Source of the DNA: Iphione sp. A-MEVVRFRX5
Taxonomy: Eukaryota
NCBI GenBank assembly: GCA_976226885.1
Contig: OZ320316.1
Location: 79,608,001 to 79,672,000, forward strand
Direction of reading: 5' to 3'
Length of the DNA stretch: 64,000 bases
The translations under genes were made by a program, and so were the position numbers. Positions 25,053-37,396 of this stretch are shown here, piece by piece. Position 1 is the stretch's first letter. Every line of letters begins with the position of its first letter. A model generated the notes under the pieces. That model was not told where the DNA came from and did no database searches. It worked only from the letters and a program-made list of their open reading frames with translations.

Positions 25053-27599
25053 AAATAAACTGGAAGGAAAATAGACAAACCGGGAAAGGGAACCGTAGAA
25101 GAACGGCGGGAGATGTGTTATGATGACAATAATGCAATCCAGCATAGATTTCCTCCTGCGAGCCGGCAGGAATAGAAGATAGATATGGTTTAGCACATCG
25201 CCATTTTGTATAGTTTGTCCCTGCTGGGTGTGGCGCTGTTGCAGCTGACCATTTGCTATATACTTTTGGTGCAGGACCTTGTCTTTCGCTTGACAGAATT
25301 TCTCCTTCTTCGTTGCCTTGCCAGGCGAATGGGCTGCTGTCAAACGTGATCACGGCCACGGCCCACTGAGGCCCTGAAATACCGGACACCTTAGCTAATG
25401 AAAGCCGACCGGCACTTACATTTTTAAAACAGGCTCTGCTCGAGAGAATAATGGACACTAAAAGCAATCACTGCGCTTTCATTCAAGAATATTTCTCACC
25501 CCGTGTTCTAGTGGCTGGCCTAGTCAAAGACATTAGAATATGGAAGACTACGAAGAATCATAAATAGTGGCAACGTAAGAGGAGATAGAAGGTGCAGAGG
25601 AAGTCTTTGGAAAGCGATGAGTTCCGTTGACTTTGAGCGGCTTTTCTGTACAACTGTTCTTATAAGATTTTCCCCTTTAAAGGTAATGAGGTATATTTGA
25701 AGGAGATCTGTACTACAAATGAATTTGGAATTATTACTTTTTCATTGCTGAGTATAACTATTCATTTCTCCCTGCCAGTAGATAAATATCTCCACGTTCG
25801 TTTTATCGTTTTCTGACTTCGACACGTAAATGCGGATATCTTTGGTTGTTTCTAGCTGCGTCGATTATACATATTTCCTAGCAAAACTTCCTCAAACTAC
25901 GCACTATGTTTAATAGCGATTGTGTCGTTGTGTGTTTTTGTATTCCACCATTACTAATTCTGTCCTTTTGATGATGGTGTCCTATCTGACCATATTATTT
26001 CGTCACGATGGGGGAGCCTTTCAATTAAGGCTGTAGCCCTAGATCGATAAAAAATGTAAAAAAAAACACTTCAGGGAGTCTGCAGACTGGCAGGGTATGT
26101 TGACATCAGAACAGCTCCAGGGTGGCGTTGCGCCCCCTGGTGTCTCATCAGGGTGTGAGCAGCTCAGCACTGCTCTTGGTCTTGATGGTGGATCCTTCCG
26201 GACCTGCTCTTTGATCTTTGTGCCGAGATCCGGCCCGGCGGCCCCACGCAGCCACTGGTGGCGCTCACTGTCGCCTGTCCCCACCACGCCCGCACCTGAG
26301 GGGCAGATCATAAAGAACCTGTCTGAGATACTGCCGTGATGACACCCTGTTCTGCGAGCCTCACCAATCCAGTTACTCGTCCTATTCGCAATACATCTTC
26401 CTTTTATTTACTTTCTACCAGCCTGCATGCATGATAAAGCATACTACTCTTCTCCTAGCACCAGGACAACAGGTGCTTATTTTCCTCGCGCGCTCTCCCA
26501 TCTCTCTTGCCCTGACACAGACCCCCAACTCCTCTACTACTGCCAAATGCATGCTCCAAGACTAGGCTCTGGCAGAGCCAGTAATTGCTGGCCATAGGGG
26601 GCTGATTTGAGACCATCTTTGTTTCCTGATGGCGTCCTGTCTGCTGTTGGCTTCCCTGATGAAGAATTAATTAGGGTGGGTGACTTCTAGGCCTTCTGGA
26701 CTGCCCGAGCATGCGCCAAGCACTCAGTCGAGGACAAACTAGTTTGTCTCACGAGTGACCTTGGTAGATTTATCATTTGGTATGAAGCCGTGCAAAAATG
26801 AAAGAGATGTCAGATTGATTGATATTTCTATAGCATGGGTTGAGGTATTTGTTGGTTGACCTTAACTATTCTGATTCCATTTTACACCCCGTTCCAATGT
26901 GCGTTGATTTATTTAAGCTATTTTTTTGAAAGAACATTTCTGCAGTACCATGAATTACCTTTTAAACTTCATTAGGTCGGTTATAATTATCATGGCTTAT
27001 CCGGATAATATGAATTCCATCCGTAGAAACGGTCACGCTGCTTAGAAAATTCCGCTGTTTTTCCCTCACCACGAAATGACTGCTTAAGACCAATAAAATT
27101 TAATGGTCTGGTAGGGCCTGAATCATGAAATTGCCTTCAGTCCGGACAGGGTTACCTTTATAGTGTCTCTTAAGAGAGAATTCTTTCAGGCAGGATCCAC
27201 TGAAGGCCTGTAAAATGTATCGCGTGGGGATGCAAGAAAATCGGTGTGCTTTCACCTGCCATGTTCCATCAGCAAATCGGTCGTGGCGACGCTTTGCACA
27301 GCTGTTGATGGCGGCCCTCCGTGCGGGGGGCTGGATAATGTGCAAGACAGTCGACCGCACGACACTGGGCGGTCTCGTGGCAACAGCGGATCCCCGACCT
27401 CCAAACGAAAGCAGGGAGACGGACAAGAGGGTGGCAGCAGGGTGTTGGGCGGACATCCCTGGGAGACTCGGCGGTTTTGTGGCGCTGAGTGATCGCTGCC
27501 GCCCTTGGGTGCAGTTGGCCCGGGTACCCATTACCTGGCCCAATAGTCGGCCTTACCTCCAGACCACACCTCTGTATTGCCTCGTGTGGCGCGTCCTCA

Positions 27600-27960
27600 C
27601 CTCGCCGCGGCTTTTCTAATTAAGCCGACGGATGACCTGCAATATATCTTTGTGGCGCGCACTTGATGTCAGCCGGTGTTTGTCCGTGCGGTGCGCGGCG
27701 GACGGCGACCGGTCAGCTGGGACAGCGCAATAAGACCGCCGGGTCAGACCCGATAACCACGCCTCATTCATAAAACACCGCTACATCACCCGACGCGTCA
27801 CTGTAAACAACCGCGCAAGACACACAAGTAATTTCCAGAAGAAATGAGAGCGTAATTCGGCAAGATGTTCGCGGGGGGCCGTCACTGCGCCCGTCGCTAG
27901 TCATAAATTAGCCGCACCAGACGCGTTGTCAACCCCTTTGGCGCGCGCACCACAACACCT
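27600..27960. promoter_or_regulatory. CpG-rich intronic enhancer-like element
   Basis: CpG-dense and non-coding, with CTAATTAAG (27617), TCATAAAA (27768), TGTAAACA (27802, forkhead-type) and GTCATAAATTA (27900, Cdx/posterior Hox-type). Function is inferred. Confidence 0.35.
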
Positions 27961-30900
27961 AACCTTCCTGTCTAGGTTGGGGAAGGGGGAGCTATGGCGG
28001 TGAGGGGAGGTGGTAAGAGTGAAGGGCGGGAGTTTGAAGGAGTGGATATGCTTAGAAAGTGGGGAAGAGGGGGTTATTTGAGGTGGCGCCTATCCGTCAT
28101 TGTCGCCGCCTCAAAGGACCCACACTCTGGCGCCCCTCTCTTAACTCGGCTGGCTCCCTTCCTCCGCCCGTCTCCTCAAAAATCCCCCGGGGATCCATCG
28201 TCGCCAATCGGTCGTGCAGTTCCGTCCCCACCCGGGATTGTCTCCCCTCTACTCAAGACGCCAGTCAGAAGACTGGTACAGATAGAGAATATACATCACC
28301 GGCGGCTGCACTGCACTTGCGTCGAAATGGAGACAAAAGACCCACAATTATGGTGAATGTAAAATTTTGTTCTACCTGCTCTCTCGATCCATTCCCTCAT
28401 CGGTTCAAAGAATCCTGGAAGGTCACTGGAGAAACGAAGCAACGGAATGAGGTACAAAATGATCATATTCAAGTGTGCCTAAAAATAAGGGAATAATTTA
28501 TATACTCTTTTGAAGACAAGAGTGATTGAAGGGACTTGATGTTTTACTTTATTACCTTCTTAGCCAAATCTTTGTGCTTTCCTGATAAAAGAGTTCGAGC
28601 AATACGAAATTTGCTATAACGGTGTCACAAAGAGACTCATACTCAAGGTTATAGAACGCATGCTTCTCACAACAGATACTCATTGGATATCTTTCCTCCC
28701 TAGTATTTGCTGCCCCCGATCAACCAATCAAATGGAGCTGAAGCTCTATTTCGAGTGTTCACTGTACGTACGTGTACTGTATATTTACAGTGCAATAGAT
28801 GCAATAGTTTCTTGGGACTTTCCTAACTGTGTAATGTCACGTAATTTCCTTTACATTGCTCACACGTTGGTCTTAACGTGGTTGACAATATCGCTAAGTT
28901 ACACGAAAAGAGAAATCGATGGTTCGAAATATTTTGTGGAGCTTTATTGTTAAGCTTTTTTCGTCTTTAAGCTTTCTTCGTCTAATTTCGTTGTTGTCAA
29001 CTTGCACCCTCTTGAATCCGCAAATTGACGAAGCACGCCGGTTATTCAGATCTTCTGAATCACTTGCCATCTAGTAGGCTGTATAAATGTATTTTGGTTT
29101 ACACACCTGCCATGCTGGCGGAAAAAGAGTTGAAGCTACCTCCATGTAAATGGATGCTGTCGAGGTATAGATCGTCCACGCCCTGCCTCTGTTGTCACCT
29201 GTCCGTTCTCTTATATTAAATGACCTCGTGTCTATTGAATACTCTATCCATATTCAGAGCCAGTCCCCAGCAACATCAGTCCCACAGCTCGACGCTGCCA
29301 CATTGATGTCTGCTCTACATGTCCCCACCCGAGCAACAGCAGGTCCATCGCTCGATGTTGCGCGTAAGGTTTGGGGGCAGGGCCAATGTGTGGTGGGCCA
29401 ACGTCGCTAAACCAATAGCTGTGTCAATATTTGTCCGCCAGTCAAATATCAAACAGGCCGTTTGCCTTGTCTCAGTGATTTTCGCCTGCAGCTTTCTATG
29501 TTGGTAGATACACACTAAGAGCAGTTCCTTTCTACTCGTTGCCTTCCACCCATTTCATCCACTCGATTCAGCTGTCTGCCTGTCTCTATGTCCCATTCGG
29601 TCTCCGTCTCAGATGGTCTTTCTATTCTCTGATTATAATTCTCCGTCGTTCTTCTAAGAGCGTCTCTTTCCCTTTCTGTCTCTCTCTTTCTCACCCTATC
29701 TTCATTTGTGAAGGACCCTGTGGCCACCACACGGCACTGATCTGTTTTTCCCTAATCATCCTTCCGGATAATCACTGTTGATTGTTCCTGCACGTGAGCC
29801 GGTTGCTTGTGGCCTCCAATATCACGCAGTGTGAGGTCTTTTTTCTCTTTAGCTGGCTGTCCGTCCTTGCAGAAATCCACCCCTCTTCGACCTCTCTGCT
29901 TTGCCTCTGTGCCATGGTCCCCTCTCCCCACTGCCATCAAGCTTTCAGCAACTTTACAACTGCGAAAGGGTTTTCTTATTTTCCGGGCATTCAGATGTAA
30001 CGCCGTTTTAGAATGTCCTGGGAACAGGACCAGATGGTGTGCACATCACTGAAAGAGTCAAGAGTATTTTTTCTCTTCATTTCGTACGATTCCTCTTGAT
30101 TAATTTCCCGAACAAAGATCCGGTACATGGCTACCAGAGGGTAAGGGCCTTTAAGGGTCGTCATGTAGGGAGCCTACACTTACCCCCTGCTAGCTATTCG
30201 GTCGGTAAATCATTAACAAAAGTCGTTTTCTTAGTTTCATGTACGTTTTCCTCATCATAGCTATTCCTGGCTTGCATCATTCGGATTTCTCTTTGAAAAT
30301 GAGTAAAGTGGTTTTGTATTTGTTGAATAAAAGGGCCATACAGTACACACTTGGTGCCCGTAATAAGCAGTCCTTTACGCTGTACGCGTATTACACAGAT
30401 GGAAAAGCTCTTTCAGAGGAGAAATACGCTCTGCTCATACAATTTTATGTAAAAAAAAGTGTTAAGGACTTAAGACTGGAATTTTTTACCAAAATGGTAG
30501 GATGAGATAAAATGCTCATTTAGCAATGTCAGTTGGACTATTTGTATAGAAAAAAGCAAATAATATAATGGAAAGCATTTACTATGAAAAACAAACACTT
30601 TCCATGTGTACAGAAAATTCTTCTGTACCACAGATATGTGTCAAGAAAGAAATGATCTGAGGATTAAGTATGAGGCCATTTCCATCTTGGTCTATGATCA
30701 TGGTCCAAAAACGAACACTGTAAATTTACACATTTTCTAGACTCCAGACAAACCAGAAGTATAAAAGAGGTGGTTATTCTAAGGCAAAGACTAAAAGAAA
30801 GTGTCTAACATATGTTAAATGATGTGAATATTTCTTAATATGCATATCATTTGCATAATAAATGGTCTGAATTTCTTATAATTGGCGCAAAAAACACTCG

Positions 30901-31044
30901 CACACATACATACAGACACACATACATGCACCATTCCCGAAGGTGCCTGAGGATTCTCCTGAAGGTTCCTGACCCATATACATGGAAAGAAGGTGTCCGT
31001 GCTTTTCTGTGCTTGTCCAGGAAAATCAACCAATTTTCCAGACA

Positions 31045-31387
31045 AGGCCAAAAAAACAGGTGTGTTTCTGGTTGTGAGCAGCCAAAAACCTAGGTAGAGA
31101 GGGGTGGTATCTTTTTATTTTATTTTTTTTCCATTTTCTTCCTCAGGTTTTCAATAATAAAGACAATATGAAGTATTTTGATCAATTCGCATGAGTTTTA
31201 CAGGTTTTTGCTGAATATCCATGGATTTTGTTGTTTTTTTACTGAATGTACCAAAAACATGTGCCATGAAAACATGTATCTAAGGAAATTCAGCCTTGGA
31301 AACTCTTTGGGACCAAAAAATTCATAATAAGGGTGAGGTTTTACTAGGTTGAGATAGGTAACCAGAAACACACCTATTTTTTTGGCC
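31045..31387. mobile_element. MITE family A copy 2 (opposite orientation to copy 1)
   Basis: TIRs AGGCCAAAAAAACAGGTGTGTTTCTGGT ... GTAACCAGAAACACACCTATTTTTTTGGCC; the internal sequence is colinear with copy 3. Confidence 0.9.
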
Positions 31388-32859
31388 CAAGCACAAAGCA
31401 TGGGGAAAAACCCCATACACATGGAAAGCAAGCCATAATGCTGTAACATCATCCTGGTATGAGAGTGACAGATCACGGGCTAGCTGCTGTGTTAAGATGA
31501 AATCAAGAATGTCCACACAAAAAAGACTAATTCACTCCAAGTGTAGAATCTGCGGGGTGTCTCTCATAGAAAGTGCGTGGAGAGAGTCACTGTTTATTCA
31601 TAAAAGGTTCCTCCGTAAATACATACAATGCTCTGGTTGCTTACTTAATACATATTGCAAAACTTCGATGGAGTAGCTATTTTAAAATACAGTGTAAATG
31701 TACTTAATCCAGCAACTTGACTGGAGTATTGAGTAATGGATTATGGAATAATCGAACTGCAATACCAGACCATGTTATATTATCATACGTATTTATTTAT
31801 GACGTGATTCTGACATCAGGTTATCATGACGGGTTATGACCTCAAGCGACCCCAATCCAAGAGGAACCGCACCTGCTTCCATTACACTGTAAATGCTTTA
31901 TCACTCCAGAGTTCTACATCAGTTTGCAAATGAAGGGGATGCCTTACATATGAGTGAGGCATATATGTATACATATATGTAAATTCCTTTATGATAACAT
32001 CATTCTTCTTTTAATCCAAGTAAAACATTCACCGACTACTTATTCTTTATCAATACCCTTCTGAACCCAGTGGAAAAATATATGGATTCTTCATTAGGTG
32101 GACGTATCAAACGTCAACTGCAAATTAATTTGAAACTTAATTAAAGCAAAACAAAAAGCTACGTCGATTTCTTTCAGTTGTCTTCCCTTCCCTGTTTTTA
32201 ACCGATGCACAAATTTTATTACCGTAGATGGAACATTAAAGAGAAGTAACATTATAAGGCCTTAGTAAAAAGCAAAAGTGCTAAGTAATCTATTAAACTA
32301 AAGTCACTTCATGCTTGCTTGCGTACCACTTACAAAAATTAACTGCCACTACACGGAATTCCATGTATCTTTCCGTACCTTAAAGATCACGTGTTTGGTA
32401 CTGTCAGTACGGTATTTTTCTTAAACCCGCCTCGCCGGCTACGGGCCAAATCAAAGGCGACTCTTGATGGATTACCCTTTAAAGTCTAAGGATTACGATT
32501 ATGACCACGGCCGCCAGGAATTATTGGCCTGGAGTTCGCGAGTCCTTTCTCAGATGAAACACTTTCTTGATCCTATTATCAAAGTATGTGTTATTACTTG
32601 TACCTAATATGGTCCCATCAGCTGTGCATACTGCATAGCGCCTCTCTCATTGTACGCTATAACCCGAAATGATCCGAAATCCCAGAGAGTTCCAGTACAA
32701 GGCCGCCGGAAAACAAATTGTCCAGACAGTTTTGGAATTCCATTATCACAGGGCGGGGGGACCTAAAGACCTTTATTAACTCTCAGAGTTTTCATTCTGC
32801 TTTTGAAAAGAAAATGGTGAAGTGCTTTGTTCGTGGTGTGCGTGTGCCTTTCAGTAAAT

Positions 32860-33130
32860 GAACAATTTGAAGGGCGATCTAATACAAAGCCATTGTGTGA
32901 TTGCTTCGCAAGCTGAGATTGAGAGCATATTTCGCTCCGTGTTGCCTCCATGACCCTCCTCGGCCTTGGCCCCAACAAACGGCATTTCTCCCAGCAGCAG
33001 AGCCGGACTTCCTCCTTCAACTCCGCTAAAGCTCGCGCTCGTAAATGCTAATTAATCTCCTCATCAATTGCAAGAACGCCTTATTAAGTGAAAATGTGCA
33101 GGGTTGGAATTAATAATTCACCGGGCCATT
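32860..33130. promoter_or_regulatory. Sox/homeodomain-motif-rich, conserved-noncoding-like element
   Basis: AACAAT (32861), ACAAAG (32884), CATTGT (32891), TAATTAATCT (33049) and AATTAATAATT (33108) within 270 bp. Conservation not tested. Confidence 0.3.
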
Positions 33131-34043
33131 ATCGTCTCTGCGAGGCTTGAAAGAATGGGCATTGACCAAGCTTTGTCTAACACTGTTAGGTCTTTGTTGG
33201 GCTGTTGCTTGAGTAGTGATAAAGTGGTTTTCTCAATATTTCTCGAAGAACTGGTAGAATTAATAATACCTGTAATCATGGGAGACGCCCGCGATGTTAA
33301 TATGCATTGCAACAAACTGGTAGTACTGGAGAGAGAGTATAATCAATAATGGTAGAAACTATTTCCATTTCACCCTAAATCATCATATATCATTGTAATT
33401 TGTATAACCTCTCATAGGGGGATATACTCTTCTAAGATCCTAATCTTTGCAAAGCCTCTTATGAAATCCCGTCTTTCGCACCAAATATCGTAAGCCTTGA
33501 TGTATTTGGTGGTTAAAAATCATTTGAGAACATCACCGCAGTTTACGTTTCCCCATTGAAGACCCAAACATCTACAAATCTCTGTATCCACGACGGTGTT
33601 TTCCTCTGGTATTCAAGAGTAGCTACAGCTATATTCTCACCACGATGCGGTCGTGTCGCGTCATGATGCTGCCGCGGATCTTTCCTAATTGTGTTATCCT
33701 GCCGCTAAGATCAAAGGATGCGATAAGACCCTGCTCTTGCCACCACGGCGCTGTTTACCGGCACGGGGTGGTGGCGTTGTATTATCTCTTTGGAGATTCC
33801 ATCAGAAGGACGCAGATAGTAACCCATCTCTCCCTCTTCTTACCAAGTGTTTCTAATCCTTTTCTTCGACATCACATGCCCACCATTGACACGACTTTCA
33901 GTTGCTCCTTATCTCGGCATGCATCTTACAGATCTTTCTCCCCCTCTCCCCTCCTGTCGATATACATAATACGCATTATGTTGGCCTCTCAAATGAGGCC
34001 CCCGGTATCGCGCAAGGTGTCACCTGTCATATCATCTTCGGTA

Positions 34044-34057
34044 GTTGCCATGGTAAC
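34044..34057. promoter_or_regulatory. RFX X-box motif
   Basis: GTTGCCATGGTAAC, one substitution from the palindromic RFX consensus GTTGCCATGGCAAC. Confidence 0.4.
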
Positions 34058-37000
34058 TGGGCAGTATTAAACATATGAGGTGACTTGTCGTGCTGAGGGG
34101 TTTCCTGAATGGCAAACACAAATGCCGGACTACTGTTTCACTTTATACGTTTATCGTCCATGTCTACACCGGAGACCGGCCAGCTCTGGCCTCTCCAATC
34201 TCAGATAACGCGGTTTTTCTTTGCTACAGGACAGGTAATCAAAGGCACGTATCTGCTGTTGGCAATTCAACGAGGAATTTATTATCTGTTAAAACGCATT
34301 TCAAACTGCATGATATCGCCGCTAAAGGGTGGGGACCAGGAATAACCTGATTAGACTAAATCTGCATGGTCTCGTGATAGACTCCAGCCGCTCACTCTCA
34401 GTTTGATCCCTAAGATCTACATGTCGCTTGCTCCCACCGGGAGCTCGCAGGCTTACCCAGCAACCATCGCTACCACATGACAAGGCACTGTAATGATGCT
34501 CCAATTAGTCGCTGTGGCGTATTCCACATCGCATCAAAGCCTGCATTAATGAGTTGCTGCGTCAGCCACGCGGAATCAACAGTCTCCGTTTTCAGGGCCA
34601 CAGGGCTCTTGTAGTTACCCCCCGGACGTTCGAGAGGCAGATTTGGAGACCAGTCAGTGGGTGGGATGAGGAGCCGATGCGCGGCCTGATTCTCCAGGAA
34701 GCGGTGGTCGTCAGTGCCAATGTCAGGCTTGCCATGGCAGAGGCACGGCAAAGAGGCTTGAGTTGGTTGGCAATCCAACGGGTGATCCGGCGGGCGGATG
34801 GCGAGCGACGGGTGGGCGGCGGGTGGGGAGGAGGAGGAGGAGAGTTTGCGTGTCGCGACAGAAGAAGACTGGGAGTAGACAGTGGCGCCGCATGGCGCCG
34901 AAGCTTACCAAGACCCACCTCACTAGGGACTGGCGCCAGCCGATTCTCAAAGTGCAACACATTACAACAGCATACAAAACGCCACACACAGTGCTTACCT
35001 GTGGCCTTCAATACTTCCATAAGACTATGTTACAGCTTTATTGTTTCACCTATGTGGCACGAATTGAATAATTTACGTGGCGACATACAAACAAGAGCTC
35101 ACAGAGCGATTGTCTCTACTCAATTTTCGAGGCACACAGTTTTGCGTGCCACTTTCTATGTGCGGTTGCAATGCCTCATTACTAACAAGTCTAACAGGAG
35201 ATCACCGCCAACATATGGGGAATACATCACTAGTGTGGCTGTATTCACATACGAGATAGAACAGAGTAGTCATGTATACGCAAACAATCTTCCCTGTGTA
35301 AGTTCTTCGGGTAAATCCCACGAATCTTATATATATATAATTATATTTATATACGGATTCTTGACTGGATGTTATTGCAGGAATGGCTTTAAGAAGGCAT
35401 GGAACAGTTGGGCCCCAATGTATGAATATTAATTTGTCTTGCGTTCGTAAGAGCTATGGTACATGTATGTGATTAAACGAATATTGCTGTGTCTGTTGCT
35501 TCCTTTATCATTTGTATTGTTTGGGTAGCTCAGTATACCCACACCAAAATCGCCATCTGTTATTCTATATGAAACCGTATGTAGAATGTGAAGACGAAAC
35601 AGGGTGGGAAGTTTACTACCAGACTGACCGATTGCATGCAACATGAAATAAGCTTATCAAATAGGCCAGTCTGATTCACGTTAAAGTGAATGTACGTGCA
35701 CTGATTTTCGGTCTAAAGCGACAAAAGAGCATTCCAAGATCGGTGTATCATCCATTTAAAATTATATCTATATACCTCCAGCGGCAGCCTGTTTGCAGAC
35801 ACCTGCACGCCTTACCGTACGCAGTAACGGTCTTCGCTTCAACCTGGTTATAAAATATGCAGCAAGTGAATGTGGGCTGAGGGACTGGGCGAGTTGCTCG
35901 ACCTGCCGTGGTCGGTGGCCGTGGGGCGAGTTGCTCCCAGGTCTTTCCCAAGTCTGACACGACCAGGTAATGAAGTACGCGGCTATCACTGACACATCTT
36001 GTCTACTAAGTGCTTAAGCTGAGTTTGGAGTGGGCCGCGACTAGAATATCAATTTCTAACCAAGCGACTCATACGTGAGTCCACGCAGGAGGCACAAGCG
36101 AAATACAATGGACGTCGAGGCATACCTTTTCCGCCTTGGGTTGCAGTGTGGACTGGCAACTTGGTGGCATCCTCCCTGGTTTTACGTAGTTGAATAGAGG
36201 GGTTGATTAGATACAAGCTTTACTTAAACAAGAGTGATTTAGGTCTTGTTTGGAAGAGAAACCTAATGTTGTGTCTTTATTCTTGGGAAATCGTATATAA
36301 TTAGTATTCGATCGGTAGAAGGGTATGAGATGCAAATTATGCAGTGCTTCTTGATGTGTTCAATCAATAAAACGACAGAGACTGATGGCACAGATCCCCA
36401 TATGTAGGATACGATCAATATCCTCGATAGGGTGGTGACTAATGAACGAAAGTGCTGAAGACTAGCTGACTTTGAGAGCGTTATCCCTTTTAATTGAAAA
36501 GATACAGACTTCATCCAGAAAGACATGAGTATGATGGTATTTCAAAGACGATAACCTCGCAGATTTGACTTTTCCTATAAGGGTTCTCATTCTTTCAGCT
36601 TGCCACCGACAGCTTCCAGACCGACTTTCCTGTTCTCCATCCGTTCTCCTATCCAATTTCCCTGATGAAGCTTCTTATTACGTGCTAAATAAGACTGATC
36701 GCGTCGTTACGATCATTACGTGAAAGGAGGTCCTCAGAGAGGATTAGGTATTTTATAATTATGCTCCGGCATAGTGTATTTTTAGCATACTTGGCTGTTC
36801 TACTCCCAAAGGGTTTACATTATGTTCTTGTCCATGGTGTACCCAAATATGTACTGTAATTAATTTTGATCGTAGGCGATATCAAAATTTAAGTTTTAAG
36901 TGAATGGATTCATGGGTCATGCTCTAGATTTTGCCTCATTACGAGGGATGCAGTTACTTTCGGTAGAACTGATACAGGATTGGATTAGAGGACAGTGTAA

Positions 37001-37366
37001 AGTTTGCCCGAAGCCCATGAGTGTCGTACGAGAGAGGACACCGCCTCGAGTGGTACTCCTGATCAGAACAGTTGGTCGCGGTCTCCGAGCAACTGGCCAG
37101 CAAATCTGCTATCATCCCATTTGTCCTTGTACTTGGCATTACTTCCATTACCATGGTAATAAGTGTTATTCGCGCACCAGAACGGTTGACTCCCTCCCGG
37201 GCCATCTTTCACTGGCCCTTGGTAGATACTCTTTGCTAACACTTTTTTAAAGGTTTAGATTATAGAGATACAAATACCGGTCACCAAATAATAACATGGT
37301 AAAAATCGTAGTTCCCCAGGTCTGTCTTGATTACAACTTAAAGCATTTTTACTTTGAAACCTACAG

Positions 37367-37396
37367 ATGGCAGCAGCCCTAGAGAATCAGATATTG
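37367..37396 (+). CDS. CELF3/4/5/6: Candidate 30-nt in-frame alternative microexon of the CELF gene (adds DGSSPRESDI)
   Basis: Acceptor ttttactttgaaacctacag, exon ATGGCAGCAGCCCTAGAGAATCAGATATTG, donor TTG|gtgagt. The length is a multiple of 3, it is phase 1-1 like the host intron, and it has no stop when joined to both neighbours. Confidence 0.6.

Noticed and set aside
26590-26700. SAVGFPDEELIRVGDF resembling a tyrosine recombinase C-terminus
   Set aside because: The catalytic HSxR, GRW and Tyr residues are absent; the similarity is too weak to call.
28327-28352. Possible alternative first coding exon (METKDPQL) ending at TG|gtgaat
   Set aside because: It ends in phase 2 whereas the RRM2 exon needs phase 1, and the donor is weak.
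33141-33640. Protein-like text in several frames (Penelope RT, viral or endonuclease resemblance)
   Set aside because: Multiple stops in every frame and no diagnostic motif that I can defend.
34554-35432. Longest ORF in the track (292 aa)
   Set aside because: Arg/Gly-rich low-complexity translation with overlapping ORFs in other frames, no domain and no supporting splice context. It is likely a chance ORF or unrecognisable TE debris.
36400-36660. Minus-frame HVFLDEV, Walker-B-like
   Set aside because: No Walker A or other helicase motifs nearby, and the frame is interrupted.
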